Shown here in pieces: positions 19,633 to 28,127 of a stretch of 64,000 bases of DNA. Positions within the stretch are counted from its first letter, which is position 1, and every line of letters starts with the position of its first letter. The notes beneath the pieces are model-generated. The model made no database searches and had not been told where the DNA came from. It worked only from the letters and a program-made list of their open reading frames with translations. Source of the stretch: an uncultured Chloroflexia bacterium (lineage in GTDB: Bacteria; Chloroflexota; Anaerolineae; Anaerolineales; UBA4823); contig CAWELB010000008.1 in assembly GCA_963809805.1 (NCBI GenBank), positions 446,356 to 510,355 on the forward strand, given 5' to 3'. The translations under genes and the position numbers were made by a program.

Positions 19633-19641
19633 TGTTATAAT
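19633..19641 (+). promoter_or_regulatory. Extended -10 promoter (TGtTATAAT) of the LuxR-Kelch gene; predicts a leaderless or near-leaderless mRNA
   Basis: TGTTATAAT at 19633-19641. Only 9 nt (tttgaagat) separate it from the ATG at 19651, and there is no Shine-Dalgarno sequence. Confidence 0.4.
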
Positions 19642-19650
19642 TTTGAAGAT

Positions 19651-21024
19651 ATGCAAAATCCTGAAACCAGTGAACTTAGCGAGCGCGAGCTGGGCATCCT
19701 AAAGCTTGTTGCTACGGGGGCGAGTAACAAAGAAATCGCTCAAAAATTATTTATCAGCTCGAATACTGTAAAAGTTCATTTACGCAACATTTTCGTCAAA
19801 ATTGGGGTTAATTCCCGCACAGAAGCTGCCATGTATGCGGTCCGTACTGGTTTGGTTGTCCATCCCCCGAATCAGGTTCCCAGTGATGATACTGAAGAGA
19901 TGGTAAAGGTCGGCGATGACCTGAACTCACCGATGGAGGCTCTTTCTGTATCTGTAGAAGCAGCCAAACCTGCTCCCCACAGAATTCTTCGCATGGCTCC
20001 TTACATATTAGTAGCTGGCTTGTTAGGTCTAATATTTTTGGGATTAAGATTGAGCCCAAGCCTGGCACTCTTCTCGCCGCCGACCTCGACTCCACTCCCA
20101 CCTCAGCTGACATCGACGCCTATACCCCATTGGAAGAATATCGCTGGGCTGCCTAGTGCCAGGAGTGATCCTGCTTTGGTAGCTTATGGAGACCAAATAT
20201 ATGCCATCGGGGGGATCGATTCCCAAGGAGCATATGGAGGGCTTGACCGGTATGACCCCCAATCCAATAACTGGATATCTCTCTCACCAAAACCATTACC
20301 CGTATTTAACGCTCAGGCCGCGGTAATCAGCGGGTTGATTTTCATGCCAGGTGGACGGACTTCGCTCGAGAATATACAGCCCACCAACCTATTAGAAATC
20401 TACGATACAAACACGGGACGGTGGTCTAAAGGGGCTTCTTTACCAATCCCCCTCAGTGGATATGGTTTAGCCGCCTTTGATGGCGAGCTGTATCTTTTTG
20501 GCGGATGGGATGGGCAGAATTATCGAAATACGGTTTATATGTATGACCCTACAACAGATACTTGGGAACAACGGACTCCAATGCCTACAACCAGAGCCTT
20601 CTGTGGAGTGGCTGAAGCAGGAGGCAGGATTTTCGTGATCGGTGGCATGAATGGGGATCAACCGGTGGATGCCAACGAAATATATTCCCCCTCTCGTGAT
20701 AATAAAGATAACAATCCGTGGACAAGCGGTTTTCCGATTCCGGAAAGTCGTAATGGTATTCGTGCAGCCAATATTGCAGATACCATTTATGTGTTCGGGG
20801 GTGAATCCCAAAATTCTAATCGAGTCGGTTTGATCTATTTCCCTCAGACGAATATTTGGCAGTCCTTGGAGACTTCACCATACCCATTGGGCGAGGACTT
20901 CGGGATGACCGTGATCGGGACAAATTTATATTTTGTGGGCGGGAAATTTGACTCAACCTTTAGCAATCAAACTCTCTCTTACCAGGCAATTATCACCCTC
21001 TCAATCCCGATCATTATAAAATAA
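19651..21024 (+). CDS. Membrane-anchored LuxR/FixJ-type HTH regulator with an extracytoplasmic Kelch-repeat beta-propeller
   Basis: 457 aa. N-terminal HTH: SERELGILKLVATGASNKEIAQKLFISSNTVKVHLRNIFVKIGV. One TM helix: APYILVAGLLGLIFLGLRL. A T/P linker follows, then ~6 Kelch-like blades (IYAIGGID, IFMPGG, LYLFGGWDG, IFVIGGMNG, IYVFGGES, LYFVGGK), each followed by a Y/xDPxxxxW element. Confidence 0.8.
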   Translation: MQNPETSELSERELGILKLVATGASNKEIAQKLFISSNTVKVHLRNIFVKIGVNSRTEAAMYAVRTGLVVHPPNQVPSDDTEEMVKVGDDLNSPMEALSVSVEAAKPAPHRILRMAPYILVAGLLGLIFLGLRLSPSLALFSPPTSTPLPPQLTSTPIPHWKNIAGLPSARSDPALVAYGDQIYAIGGIDSQGAYGGLDRYDPQSNNWISLSPKPLPVFNAQAAVISGLIFMPGGRTSLENIQPTNLLEIYDTNTGRWSKGASLPIPLSGYGLAAFDGELYLFGGWDGQNYRNTVYMYDPTTDTWEQRTPMPTTRAFCGVAEAGGRIFVIGGMNGDQPVDANEIYSPSRDNKDNNPWTSGFPIPESRNGIRAANIADTIYVFGGESQNSNRVGLIYFPQTNIWQSLETSPYPLGEDFGMTVIGTNLYFVGGKFDSTFSNQTLSYQAIITLSIPIIIK

Positions 21025-21291
21025 GTGGAGCTTGCTCGACTCTAAAAGCTATCCTTAAGTGACTCGATACATCGAAGGATTGCGATCTTTACTTTAATAT
21101 ACAGTAGTCTTCAGCATTTAGTCAGTGTATCACAGTGAAATTTTCCTACTTAATCCATAGACACTTCCTAGTAGATTGCCAATAGCGCGAAATTTCGCCT
21201 TTATAGCCAGTATCGTCTGCTCAGAACTAACGGAATTAGAAAAGTAATCTAAATCGAAATAGTCAATTTCAACAATTACGCTTGCTTCGAC

Positions 21292-21327
21292 AATAAAAAC
21301 AAGGGAGACCGAAATGGTCTCCCTTGT
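21292..21327 (-). terminator. Rho-independent terminator of the secreted repeat-protein gene
   Basis: 11-12 bp stem CAAGGGAGACC / GGTCTCCCTTG (21300-21326) with loop GAAAT. It is followed on the minus strand by TTTTTATTG. Confidence 0.75.
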
Positions 21328-21352
21328 GTGTTACTATGGAAAGAGATCCTAA

Positions 21353-22786
21353 TTACGGTACAAGTTGGCTGTTGTAGTCTTCTGAGACAAATACGCCGGC
21401 AGAAGTCTGGGTGGAAACACGGGCGACAGCTGCTAAATTGGAGCCATCGGGTCCGGTTATGATTGCAGCACCACCGAAGATCGAGCCGTAATAGCCGAAC
21501 TCAGGTAGACCAGCTAATGCTGCACTGGAGTTGAACTTTGCACCATTCTGTAATCCACCAACTCCAACAGTATAGGTGTGCGTTCCTTCAACTGTGCCAT
21601 CCGGTCCGACGTATGCGATCGTGATGACATCGCCTTCAGGTAGATCAGCACCCACGTTCTGGATGGTGATATTGGTGCGTTGGCCTAAACCAGCTGCCCA
21701 GTTCGCATCAGTAGCCCAGCGGACGTATGGCAAACCAATCTTGGTATAACCAACTTCCACGCCGTTGAATGCTGTGGAAAGACCAGCGCCATAGGCTTTA
21801 CCAATTGCAACCACTGGTTGATCTGAAGATTCGACCACTGCAGCACCATAGGTGTTATCAGCCATCACATCACAAGCGATGAAGCTTGCTTTTGCGCCTG
21901 GTCCGATGCTTTTGGTCTCAGCGGTTACATCACCGTTGTTATCGGTATAGGTAACGGTAACATCGGTTGAATCAGTCAGACTGGTATTTTGAACAGCATA
22001 TGAAGTTTGTTGACCACCGAATGCCAGGCAAAGAGCAGAAGGCATGTAGAACTTCAGTCCGCCACTTGCAACGCCTTCGAATGCCTTCAAACCAATGGAA
22101 GTGATGTCAAGTTCCATAACACTGGAAACGATCGAGCCATCACCACCACCAGCTCTGGATGCCATTACGACTGCAGAGCCGTTGAAGGGATCGGGAAGGC
22201 CAGTTAATTGACCAGCATCCACATAGAATGGAGCCCCAGCTTCAATCGTCTTGGTCATTGTGTAGACCAGCTGAGCAGAGGTATTGTAGAATCCGATTTC
22301 TACATTGTTAGCTTCGGAATCAGCATTCTGGACAGAGAAGATTGAATTGGCATTGAACTGGTTCTTGAGTACAGTCGCGATCAGTGCCTGTGGGGCGCCA
22401 GCGCTGAAACCATTGGAGAGAGCGCGATTCTTCACATTGCCAGCATTCATCGGGATCTGAACTAATGTGACTAACATCGGCTGATCTGATTGCATGATGG
22501 CATCGCCCTGGAAACCTGCCGGGACGATCTCGTCACCCAGGTTACCAACAAATAATGAACCAGCTGCATTCGGTGCAAGATTTGCCAGCGTGTATGATGT
22601 CGGTGCGGTATCCTCAGGGGCAGCATAGAACAACAGATCCAATGTGGTGGTTTCTGCTGAGCCGACATTGACATAGGTGATGGATGTGGTGAAGTGCGCA
22701 TTGTATGCCTGTGCACTTGCACTACCAACGAATACGGATAACAACATGGTTAGAACTACGAGCATTGTAAATACTTTATTCTTCAT
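21353..22786 (-). CDS. Secreted four-repeat protein of unknown function (candidate abundant surface protein)
   Basis: The preferred start is the ATG at 22786 (MKNKVFTMLVVLTMLLSVFVGSASA/QA, Sec signal with an AXA site), which has AAAGGAGG 8 nt upstream. The track start at 22828 adds 14 aa. The mature part is A/G/T/S/V/N-rich and poor in Lys/Arg. It contains four related ~100-120-aa modules. Confidence 0.6.
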   Translation of the reverse strand: MKNKVFTMLVVLTMLLSVFVGSASAQAYNAHFTTSITYVNVGSAETTTLDLLFYAAPEDTAPTSYTLANLAPNAAGSLFVGNLGDEIVPAGFQGDAIMQSDQPMLVTLVQIPMNAGNVKNRALSNGFSAGAPQALIATVLKNQFNANSIFSVQNADSEANNVEIGFYNTSAQLVYTMTKTIEAGAPFYVDAGQLTGLPDPFNGSAVVMASRAGGGDGSIVSSVMELDITSIGLKAFEGVASGGLKFYMPSALCLAFGGQQTSYAVQNTSLTDSTDVTVTYTDNNGDVTAETKSIGPGAKASFIACDVMADNTYGAAVVESSDQPVVAIGKAYGAGLSTAFNGVEVGYTKIGLPYVRWATDANWAAGLGQRTNITIQNVGADLPEGDVITIAYVGPDGTVEGTHTYTVGVGGLQNGAKFNSSAALAGLPEFGYYGSIFGGAAIITGPDGSNLAAVARVSTQTSAGVFVSEDYNSQLVP

Positions 22787-22840
22787 GAGTTGAGCCTCCT
22801 TTAATATTAATGGATGGATTCTTTCCAAACATTTGATTAC

Positions 22841-22869
22841 ATTATATAGACATACTGGTGCTTGGACAA
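22841..22869 (-). promoter_or_regulatory. Candidate strong promoter of the secreted repeat-protein gene
   Basis: Minus strand reads TTGTCC (22869-22864), a 17-nt spacer, then TATAAT (22846-22841). A ~54-nt leader ends in the AAAGGAGG SD. Confidence 0.5.
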
Positions 22870-22958
22870 TAATGCTTATGGGTTATTTTTTACGATTGCA
22901 ATTCTCACTAAAATCGGTTACCATACGCTTTATCAGATCGATAAATGGAGTATGCAGA

Positions 22959-23486
22959 ATGAGACGATTAGTTATTACCTTTTTACTGCTGTTCATGATA
23001 TTGCTCGCAGCATGCGGCAGTGCAGCGCCTTCAACCGTTAACCCAGAAGTACTAGTGACGCCTACACCCCTCCCACCGCCAGAATCCGGCAAGGCTTCCG
23101 TCACAGGACAGATCATGCATGAAGAAGGATACGCAATGGCGAACACGATTGTCCGCCTGGCTGATGTCGCTCGTGGTGCTGAAGGTCGCGGTGGTGCATT
23201 CATTTTAGACATTGCCCGCAGTCCAGGTACTTTCACTGATAAAAATGGCTACTTTAATATTCAAAACGTCAAAGCTGGTGAATATGTCATTGTCGTCGGA
23301 GATGTCGAGATTACCGGTGTATACCAAATCATCTCCCAGGATAATGGTAGCGCAAAAATATGGACCTTACCTGCAGACCAGGTAACTGACCTCGGAGTGA
23401 TAAAGGTGAATATAGTTCCGCCCACGCCTATCCCAACCTCCACTCCAGGCCCGTATCCCGGACCGACCAGCTATCCTAATCCATGA
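22959..23486 (+). CDS. Lipoprotein with a CarboxypepD_reg-like beta-sandwich domain and Pro/Thr-rich ends
   Basis: The preferred start is the ATG at 22959 (GGAG 8 nt upstream): MRRLVITFLLLFMILLAAC, with lipobox LLAAC. The track start at 22833 would add 42 aa read from promoter DNA. The domain signature is GYFNIQNVKAGEYVIVV. The C-terminus is PPTPIPTSTPGPYPGPTSYPNP. Confidence 0.6.
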   Translation: MRRLVITFLLLFMILLAACGSAAPSTVNPEVLVTPTPLPPPESGKASVTGQIMHEEGYAMANTIVRLADVARGAEGRGGAFILDIARSPGTFTDKNGYFNIQNVKAGEYVIVVGDVEITGVYQIISQDNGSAKIWTLPADQVTDLGVIKVNIVPPTPIPTSTPGPYPGPTSYPNP

Positions 23487-23508
23487 TAATTTAGCACATT
23501 GATCAGAC

Positions 23509-23548
23509 AAAAGGGTAAGTTTGGTAAAAACAAGCTTACCCTTTTTTA
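23509..23548. terminator. Bidirectional terminator between convergent genes
   Basis: Stem AAGGGTAAG (23511-23519) / CTTACCCTT (23535-23543). It is flanked by an A-run upstream and TTTTTT downstream, so both strands read hairpin plus T-tract. Confidence 0.65.
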
Positions 23549-23608
23549 TTTATTCAACAGGTTTACGCGGTCAATATTATCTATTACAACGCCTAATTGT
23601 TAAGTTCG

Positions 23609-24325
23609 CTACGGTTTACTCTTCACTGCGATCAAGGCGTAGTTTTTACAGTGCCCTCGAGTGACATACTTAGACCGTAAATCCAACCAGGTGAAAAATA
23701 AGCTTAGTACTGCGAAAATCGCCTTTGCCAGACCAACCGGAATAACGAGTAACCACAACCAGATACCTGGTCCATAATCCTTTGCTGTTAAAGGAAGAGC
23801 TTTTGCAGCTTCATTTACTTGATATGCTAAAGTGCCAAAATAGCCTTCAAGCCACTCGATAGATTTTACAGTGAAACCTGCATTTTGAGCTATGAGTTGT
23901 AAACCAAATTGGGTATATCGATAATAATCGAATGGCACTTCGTGCTCTGCATAATAGAACGGAGCTGTAAGCCATAAATAGCCTCCAGGTTTGAGGACTC
24001 GCCCAAGCTCATTCATTGCCGCTTGCGGATCCGGCACATGTTCCAGAGTTTGCGAGCAAAAGATTAAATCATAACAATCGGACCGGATCGGAATTGCCTT
24101 CAAATCGCTGATATAACTGAGCTTACCATAGCTTTTTTCAACCTGGCACAAATCTGTGGCATGATATTTGGCAGAGGTAAAATATGATCGATACGGGCAA
24201 TCACCCGCCCCTGCATCTAGAACTATTGCTCCGGCAGGAACAGACGCTCCGGCTTGCTCGGCAAATTTCGACAAGTATTTCCTGCTGGAATTAATTCGCC
24301 AAAGTTTTTTAATCGAATCAGCCAT
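23609..24325 (-). CDS. Class I SAM-dependent methyltransferase with a C-terminal membrane anchor
   Basis: 238 aa. Motif I VLDAGAGDCPY, Methyltransf_11-like core (DLIFCSQTLEHV, LKPGGYL), and a hydrophobic tail GIWLWLLVIPVGLAKAIFAVLSLFF. Last gene of the glycan operon. Confidence 0.75.
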   Translation of the reverse strand: MADSIKKLWRINSSRKYLSKFAEQAGASVPAGAIVLDAGAGDCPYRSYFTSAKYHATDLCQVEKSYGKLSYISDLKAIPIRSDCYDLIFCSQTLEHVPDPQAAMNELGRVLKPGGYLWLTAPFYYAEHEVPFDYYRYTQFGLQLIAQNAGFTVKSIEWLEGYFGTLAYQVNEAAKALPLTAKDYGPGIWLWLLVIPVGLAKAIFAVLSLFFTWLDLRSKYVTRGHCKNYALIAVKSKP

Positions 24326-24349
24326 ACATACCTATATCCATTATCGTCT

Positions 24350-25618
24350 TCATACTTCGTTTATCAGATTGTTTATCTGAGTATCAGTATTTTTGTGATT
24401 ATGCCAGCTTGAAGCTCTCTTGTTCATATGGACAAATTGGTATAGTTTTCCATGGATTTTTGCTATGCGCCCAATCTGGAATAAATTCACTCTTTCGCGT
24501 GCATTTCGAGAAAATTCATCATTACACGCAGGGTTTTTATAAGCTGTTACCAATCCCTGTGCCAATGCTGCAGGATCTTCTGCGGGCACAAACCAGGCAG
24601 ATTTTCCTTCCTGTAACAATTCACGATTTCCTGGGATATCGGTAGCTACAATTGGTATACCTGCTGCCATTGCTTCCATGAGCACAGTTGATAAGCCTTC
24701 CCATCTCGAGGAACAAACAAATAGGTCAAAGGCACGCAATACATTATCTACATCGGATCGAAGTCCGGTAAAGGTCACTCGATTTTCGATATGCCAATCT
24801 ACTACTTTTTGTCTCAATATAGAAGAATCTTCACCATCCCCAATGATTACGATTTTGAGCGGTGAGATTATTTTACTTGCTATTGTGGCAGCTTCAAGCA
24901 GGATGTCATAACCCTTCTGCCTGGTCAAACGACCCACCGAACCCACCAAATACGCATCCTCCGCGACCCCAAGTTCAAGTCTAATTTTTCCGCGATCGTA
25001 ATCCACATTCCTAAATCGCTCAATATCAATTGCGTTATAAATCGTGATCGCTCGCCTGCTCAATCGTGTGGCGAGCCAACGTCCATTTAAACCATCAGAT
25101 ATGAATTGACTTACACCAATTTCAACATCAAATAGCAAAGGATATAGAATATTTGTGAGCAATATTCTTCGGAGTGGTCTGCGGCTCCATTCTGTTCGCA
25201 GCTCATTATGCAAGGTTCTTAAAATGACTGGCGCTTTTCCTTCGAAACGCAATAACAGTGCTGCAATGTCTCCGAATAAGGAATGACTGTGGATGATATC
25301 GATCGGATTGCTACTGAGATAATTTCTGAGTATTCGGTAAGCTTTTACAAAGGAGCGATAAGGATGCAGCTCATCCCATGGAGCGCAGGAAAATGCTGTA
25401 ATCCCAGCTTCATTCAGTTTTTGTATGCGCGCGGTCTCTACTTGGGTACCCCGATTCCACAAGCCACATAGGTGAATTTGAAATATGCTGGTATCCAATG
25501 CCTCGGCGAGGCTCACTGCGAAACGGCTGATGCCCCCACCAACAGCTTCAATATCAAAGCTAAAAATAATGAAAAGGATGCGAATGCGATTTTCCATTAT
25601 CAGGGATCCTGAAGCCAC
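24350..25618 (-). CDS. Glycosyltransferase, GT-B fold (GT4-like)
   Basis: 422 aa. The C-terminal GT4 pattern is GRLTRQKGYDILLEA...FVCSSRWEGLSTVLMEAMAAGIPIVATD (EX7E). An alternative start MENRIRILF at 25597 would remove the 19-nt overlap. Confidence 0.8.
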   Translation of the reverse strand: MASGSLIMENRIRILFIIFSFDIEAVGGGISRFAVSLAEALDTSIFQIHLCGLWNRGTQVETARIQKLNEAGITAFSCAPWDELHPYRSFVKAYRILRNYLSSNPIDIIHSHSLFGDIAALLLRFEGKAPVILRTLHNELRTEWSRRPLRRILLTNILYPLLFDVEIGVSQFISDGLNGRWLATRLSRRAITIYNAIDIERFRNVDYDRGKIRLELGVAEDAYLVGSVGRLTRQKGYDILLEAATIASKIISPLKIVIIGDGEDSSILRQKVVDWHIENRVTFTGLRSDVDNVLRAFDLFVCSSRWEGLSTVLMEAMAAGIPIVATDIPGNRELLQEGKSAWFVPAEDPAALAQGLVTAYKNPACNDEFSRNARERVNLFQIGRIAKIHGKLYQFVHMNKRASSWHNHKNTDTQINNLINEV

Positions 25619-26898
25619 TGTTCGTAGTCCGCTTTAACCCATCCCATCACCTTGGCCGCTTCTCCAATTAATCGAGGCATTACCTGACTAATATGTGCTT
25701 TCCAATACTGCCGGTTTTCCCACAAATTGCTCAAACGATCAACCAATGCGTTTCCTGCCACGTTATGGATATCCAGGCACATCTCATCAATACCAATCAT
25801 CTCTGAGATGCCCCGCGTCTTGTACAAATATCCAATCGCAATCACTGGCACATTTTCACATAATGCGAATATGTTCGAGTGCATGCGTGTGCCAATGAAT
25901 ATGTCCATCCACCCATAGACGGATTTAATCAGCTCCATTGGTAAGGGCTGCTCAATTTGATAAATGGAGCTTGAATAGTCTGGTAATTGCTCAGCCACCC
26001 TTCGTGCAGGAATTCGATCGTCTTGACTCGAATATGGTCCGGTGACTTGCGGGAATAAAATGACTTTTCCATGCGTATTTTCAATGAACCATTTGATCGC
26101 CTGGGTACAAGCTTCTTCATATTCCTTTTGCAGTGTAAAATCCTTGTTCTGTTCTCCCCAGTTTATCAAGGTCATTCCCATTAATGGATGGTCATCCGGA
26201 TTGTCGATCCCTTTTTCACGCAGCCAATTCATTCCCAAAGTTTTATCTGAGGCAGGTAAAGCAAACGCCATATCGGGGACAAGCTGGACACGATTTTTAT
26301 GGACACCGATCGAGAGTACTGCGCGTTGAGAAATGGGTTCACGTACCATTACCATTCTCGCATGATTTAGCAGCCATCCGATCAGCTTCCTTTCCCATAC
26401 TCGTTTCAATGGTCCAATGGATTGGGGTAATATATATAACGGTTTACGCGCTAATATTGCCAGGGTCAGGGAATACGCTGTGATCAGTAAGCTGATCCCA
26501 CGACCTGAGCTATATAAAAAACCACCCGGCTCGCTTAATACCAAATTGGATAGTAGATAAGCCATAACAATGGGTCGTAATCGCTTTGGTGTCAGAATAT
26601 AGCTCACCTTTTTAAAAATTCTAAAGCAAAATACCGGGAATAATGTAGCAGGAATCAAACTAAGCAAACGACCATAATTCCAATGCACCGAACCATCCGG
26701 GTTTCTGGGGTGAACCCAGGCGATGATTGATTCAATTACCTCTTCATTCCCTGTATGGCTTGCTGTGTCATCGATGCTCAAGGTTATTTTTGCGTTTTGA
26801 AAAGTAGTACTGATCTGCTGTAAAGTTACCTGCAACAACGCGGCATCCCCTAAATTACGGGATGAATGAATATTGATGATCAATATCTTTTCGTTCAT
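25600..26898 (-). CDS. Polysaccharide pyruvyl transferase family protein (CsaB/WcaK-like)
   Basis: N-terminal signature INIHSSRNLGDAALL and size fit the pyruvyl transferase family. I prefer the start MNEKILII at 26898, which forms an ATGA overlap with the flippase stop. The track start at 26964 overlaps the flippase gene by 70 nt. Confidence 0.65.
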   Translation of the reverse strand: MNEKILIINIHSSRNLGDAALLQVTLQQISTTFQNAKITLSIDDTASHTGNEEVIESIIAWVHPRNPDGSVHWNYGRLLSLIPATLFPVFCFRIFKKVSYILTPKRLRPIVMAYLLSNLVLSEPGGFLYSSGRGISLLITAYSLTLAILARKPLYILPQSIGPLKRVWERKLIGWLLNHARMVMVREPISQRAVLSIGVHKNRVQLVPDMAFALPASDKTLGMNWLREKGIDNPDDHPLMGMTLINWGEQNKDFTLQKEYEEACTQAIKWFIENTHGKVILFPQVTGPYSSQDDRIPARRVAEQLPDYSSSIYQIEQPLPMELIKSVYGWMDIFIGTRMHSNIFALCENVPVIAIGYLYKTRGISEMIGIDEMCLDIHNVAGNALVDRLSNLWENRQYWKAHISQVMPRLIGEAAKVMGWVKADYEQWLQDP

Positions 26899-28127
26899 TT
26901 CATCCGCCAAACAAACCAGGAATATCCTGCGAACAGGATAATTTCTGTGATCACATATACGCACGCTACTCCATTAATCCCAAACCGGAAAACGACGAGT
27001 AAATTAAGTACGATATTTGCAATGGCTGCTATCACCTGGATGGAAGTGCGTTTCACCTGCTGATTTGTGGCGACCATGATTGCTGCTAGCGCAAATGAAC
27101 CGCATTTGAATAGCAGAACCAGGCTAAGAATTCGTAGGACTTCCACCGAACCCTTATACGATTGTCCAAGAAGTGTTGTGACGAGAGGCGCTCCCAAAAA
27201 GTAAGCTGCGGTCAGACCAATGCCGACTAAAATGGATAAAAAAATCGTCCTATTGGCAGTTTTCTGCGCCTGATCAGGATGATGCTCAAAGAGATTGCTC
27301 AGGACGGGGAGCATCACTGAATAAATCGCCATAGGCGCTAGAAAAGCCATATTCACTAATCCAACTGAAGGCGAGTATAAACCGGTAGCTGTCTTGCCAA
27401 TCGTCAGGCTGACGATAACAACATCCGCCCGCATGGTAATCATGGCGAGGAAGTCAGATGCAGTATATGGAAATGATTCTCGTATAGCTCTACGGGCAAT
27501 CTGGAAATCAAATTTAAGACTAAAATGTCTAATCAATAGTAACACTGCTGTCGATAACGCCAGCAGAGAAACAATTACCCGAATTTTTAGAAATAATTCG
27601 GGATCGCGAGATCCCAATCCCATTAGTAATAAAGTAAGACCGAACCAAATGGTATCGGCGCTGGCTTCTAAGAGAGATGGTGTTTTATTATGTAAGGCTG
27701 ACTTAAAAGCTGTCAGACAGGTTGCCAATAACGTGTCTGACCATATCAGAATCACACTCCATTGCAACAAAGTGTTCGGGAAAGATTGTTGATTGAGTAA
27801 TGGTGATATCAGGAATAGGACCAGCCCCCAAACCAATCCGATGGAACCTTTGATTCCCAGGATAGTTCCAGCTAAACCAGATACTTGCTGGGGTGCCTTT
27901 CCCCCTTCTCGTAGCAGCCAAATATCCAGACCTAAACTAAACACAATCGAAAGAATACTGGTCAAGGTGATGCAAGCAGCATATTGCCCGTAGCTATCCA
28001 CTTGCAGTTGACGTGCGGTCAGTAACAGCGCCACTGCCGTCATTCCCTGGGCGACAACTGAGCCAGAGAAAAGCGTGGCAATATTGCTGATAATTTTCGA
28101 TCGATTTAGTTCAAATGGTATTGCCAT
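26895..28127 (-). CDS. Wzx-like oligosaccharide flippase (MOP superfamily polysaccharide biosynthesis protein)
   Basis: 410 aa, hydrophobic throughout with ~12 predicted helices by eye. The N-terminus NIATLFSGSVVAQGMTAVALLLTARQL..YGQY is typical of the family. Confidence 0.65.
   Translation of the reverse strand: MAIPFELNRSKIISNIATLFSGSVVAQGMTAVALLLTARQLQVDSYGQYAACITLTSILSIVFSLGLDIWLLREGGKAPQQVSGLAGTILGIKGSIGLVWGLVLFLISPLLNQQSFPNTLLQWSVILIWSDTLLATCLTAFKSALHNKTPSLLEASADTIWFGLTLLLMGLGSRDPELFLKIRVIVSLLALSTAVLLLIRHFSLKFDFQIARRAIRESFPYTASDFLAMITMRADVVIVSLTIGKTATGLYSPSVGLVNMAFLAPMAIYSVMLPVLSNLFEHHPDQAQKTANRTIFLSILVGIGLTAAYFLGAPLVTTLLGQSYKGSVEVLRILSLVLLFKCGSFALAAIMVATNQQVKRTSIQVIAAIANIVLNLLVVFRFGINGVACVYVITEIILFAGYSWFVWRMK

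Noticed and set aside
21187-21198. Perfect 12-bp palindrome GCGAAATTTCGC downstream of the LuxR-Kelch gene, considered as its terminator.
   Set aside because: As RNA it could form only a ~4-bp stem around a 4-nt loop, and no T-tract follows. This is too weak for an intrinsic terminator. It could be a protein site, but there is only a single copy.
22833-22958. 42-codon N-terminal extension of the lipoprotein ORF, with similar extensions at 33947-34021, 26899-26964 and 40409-40456.
   Set aside because: The extensions are read from AT-rich promoter or intergenic DNA, or overlap a neighbouring gene. In each case an internal start has a proper SD or an ATGA coupling and gives a sensible N-terminus (lipobox signal, family-typical start).
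21353-26898. A functional link between the CsaB-like pyruvyl transferase and the secreted repeat protein, by analogy to SLH-domain anchoring to pyruvylated cell-wall polymer.
   Set aside because: The repeat protein shows no SLH-like motif at either end, so the classical CsaB/SLH logic is not supported by the sequence. The two are reported separately.
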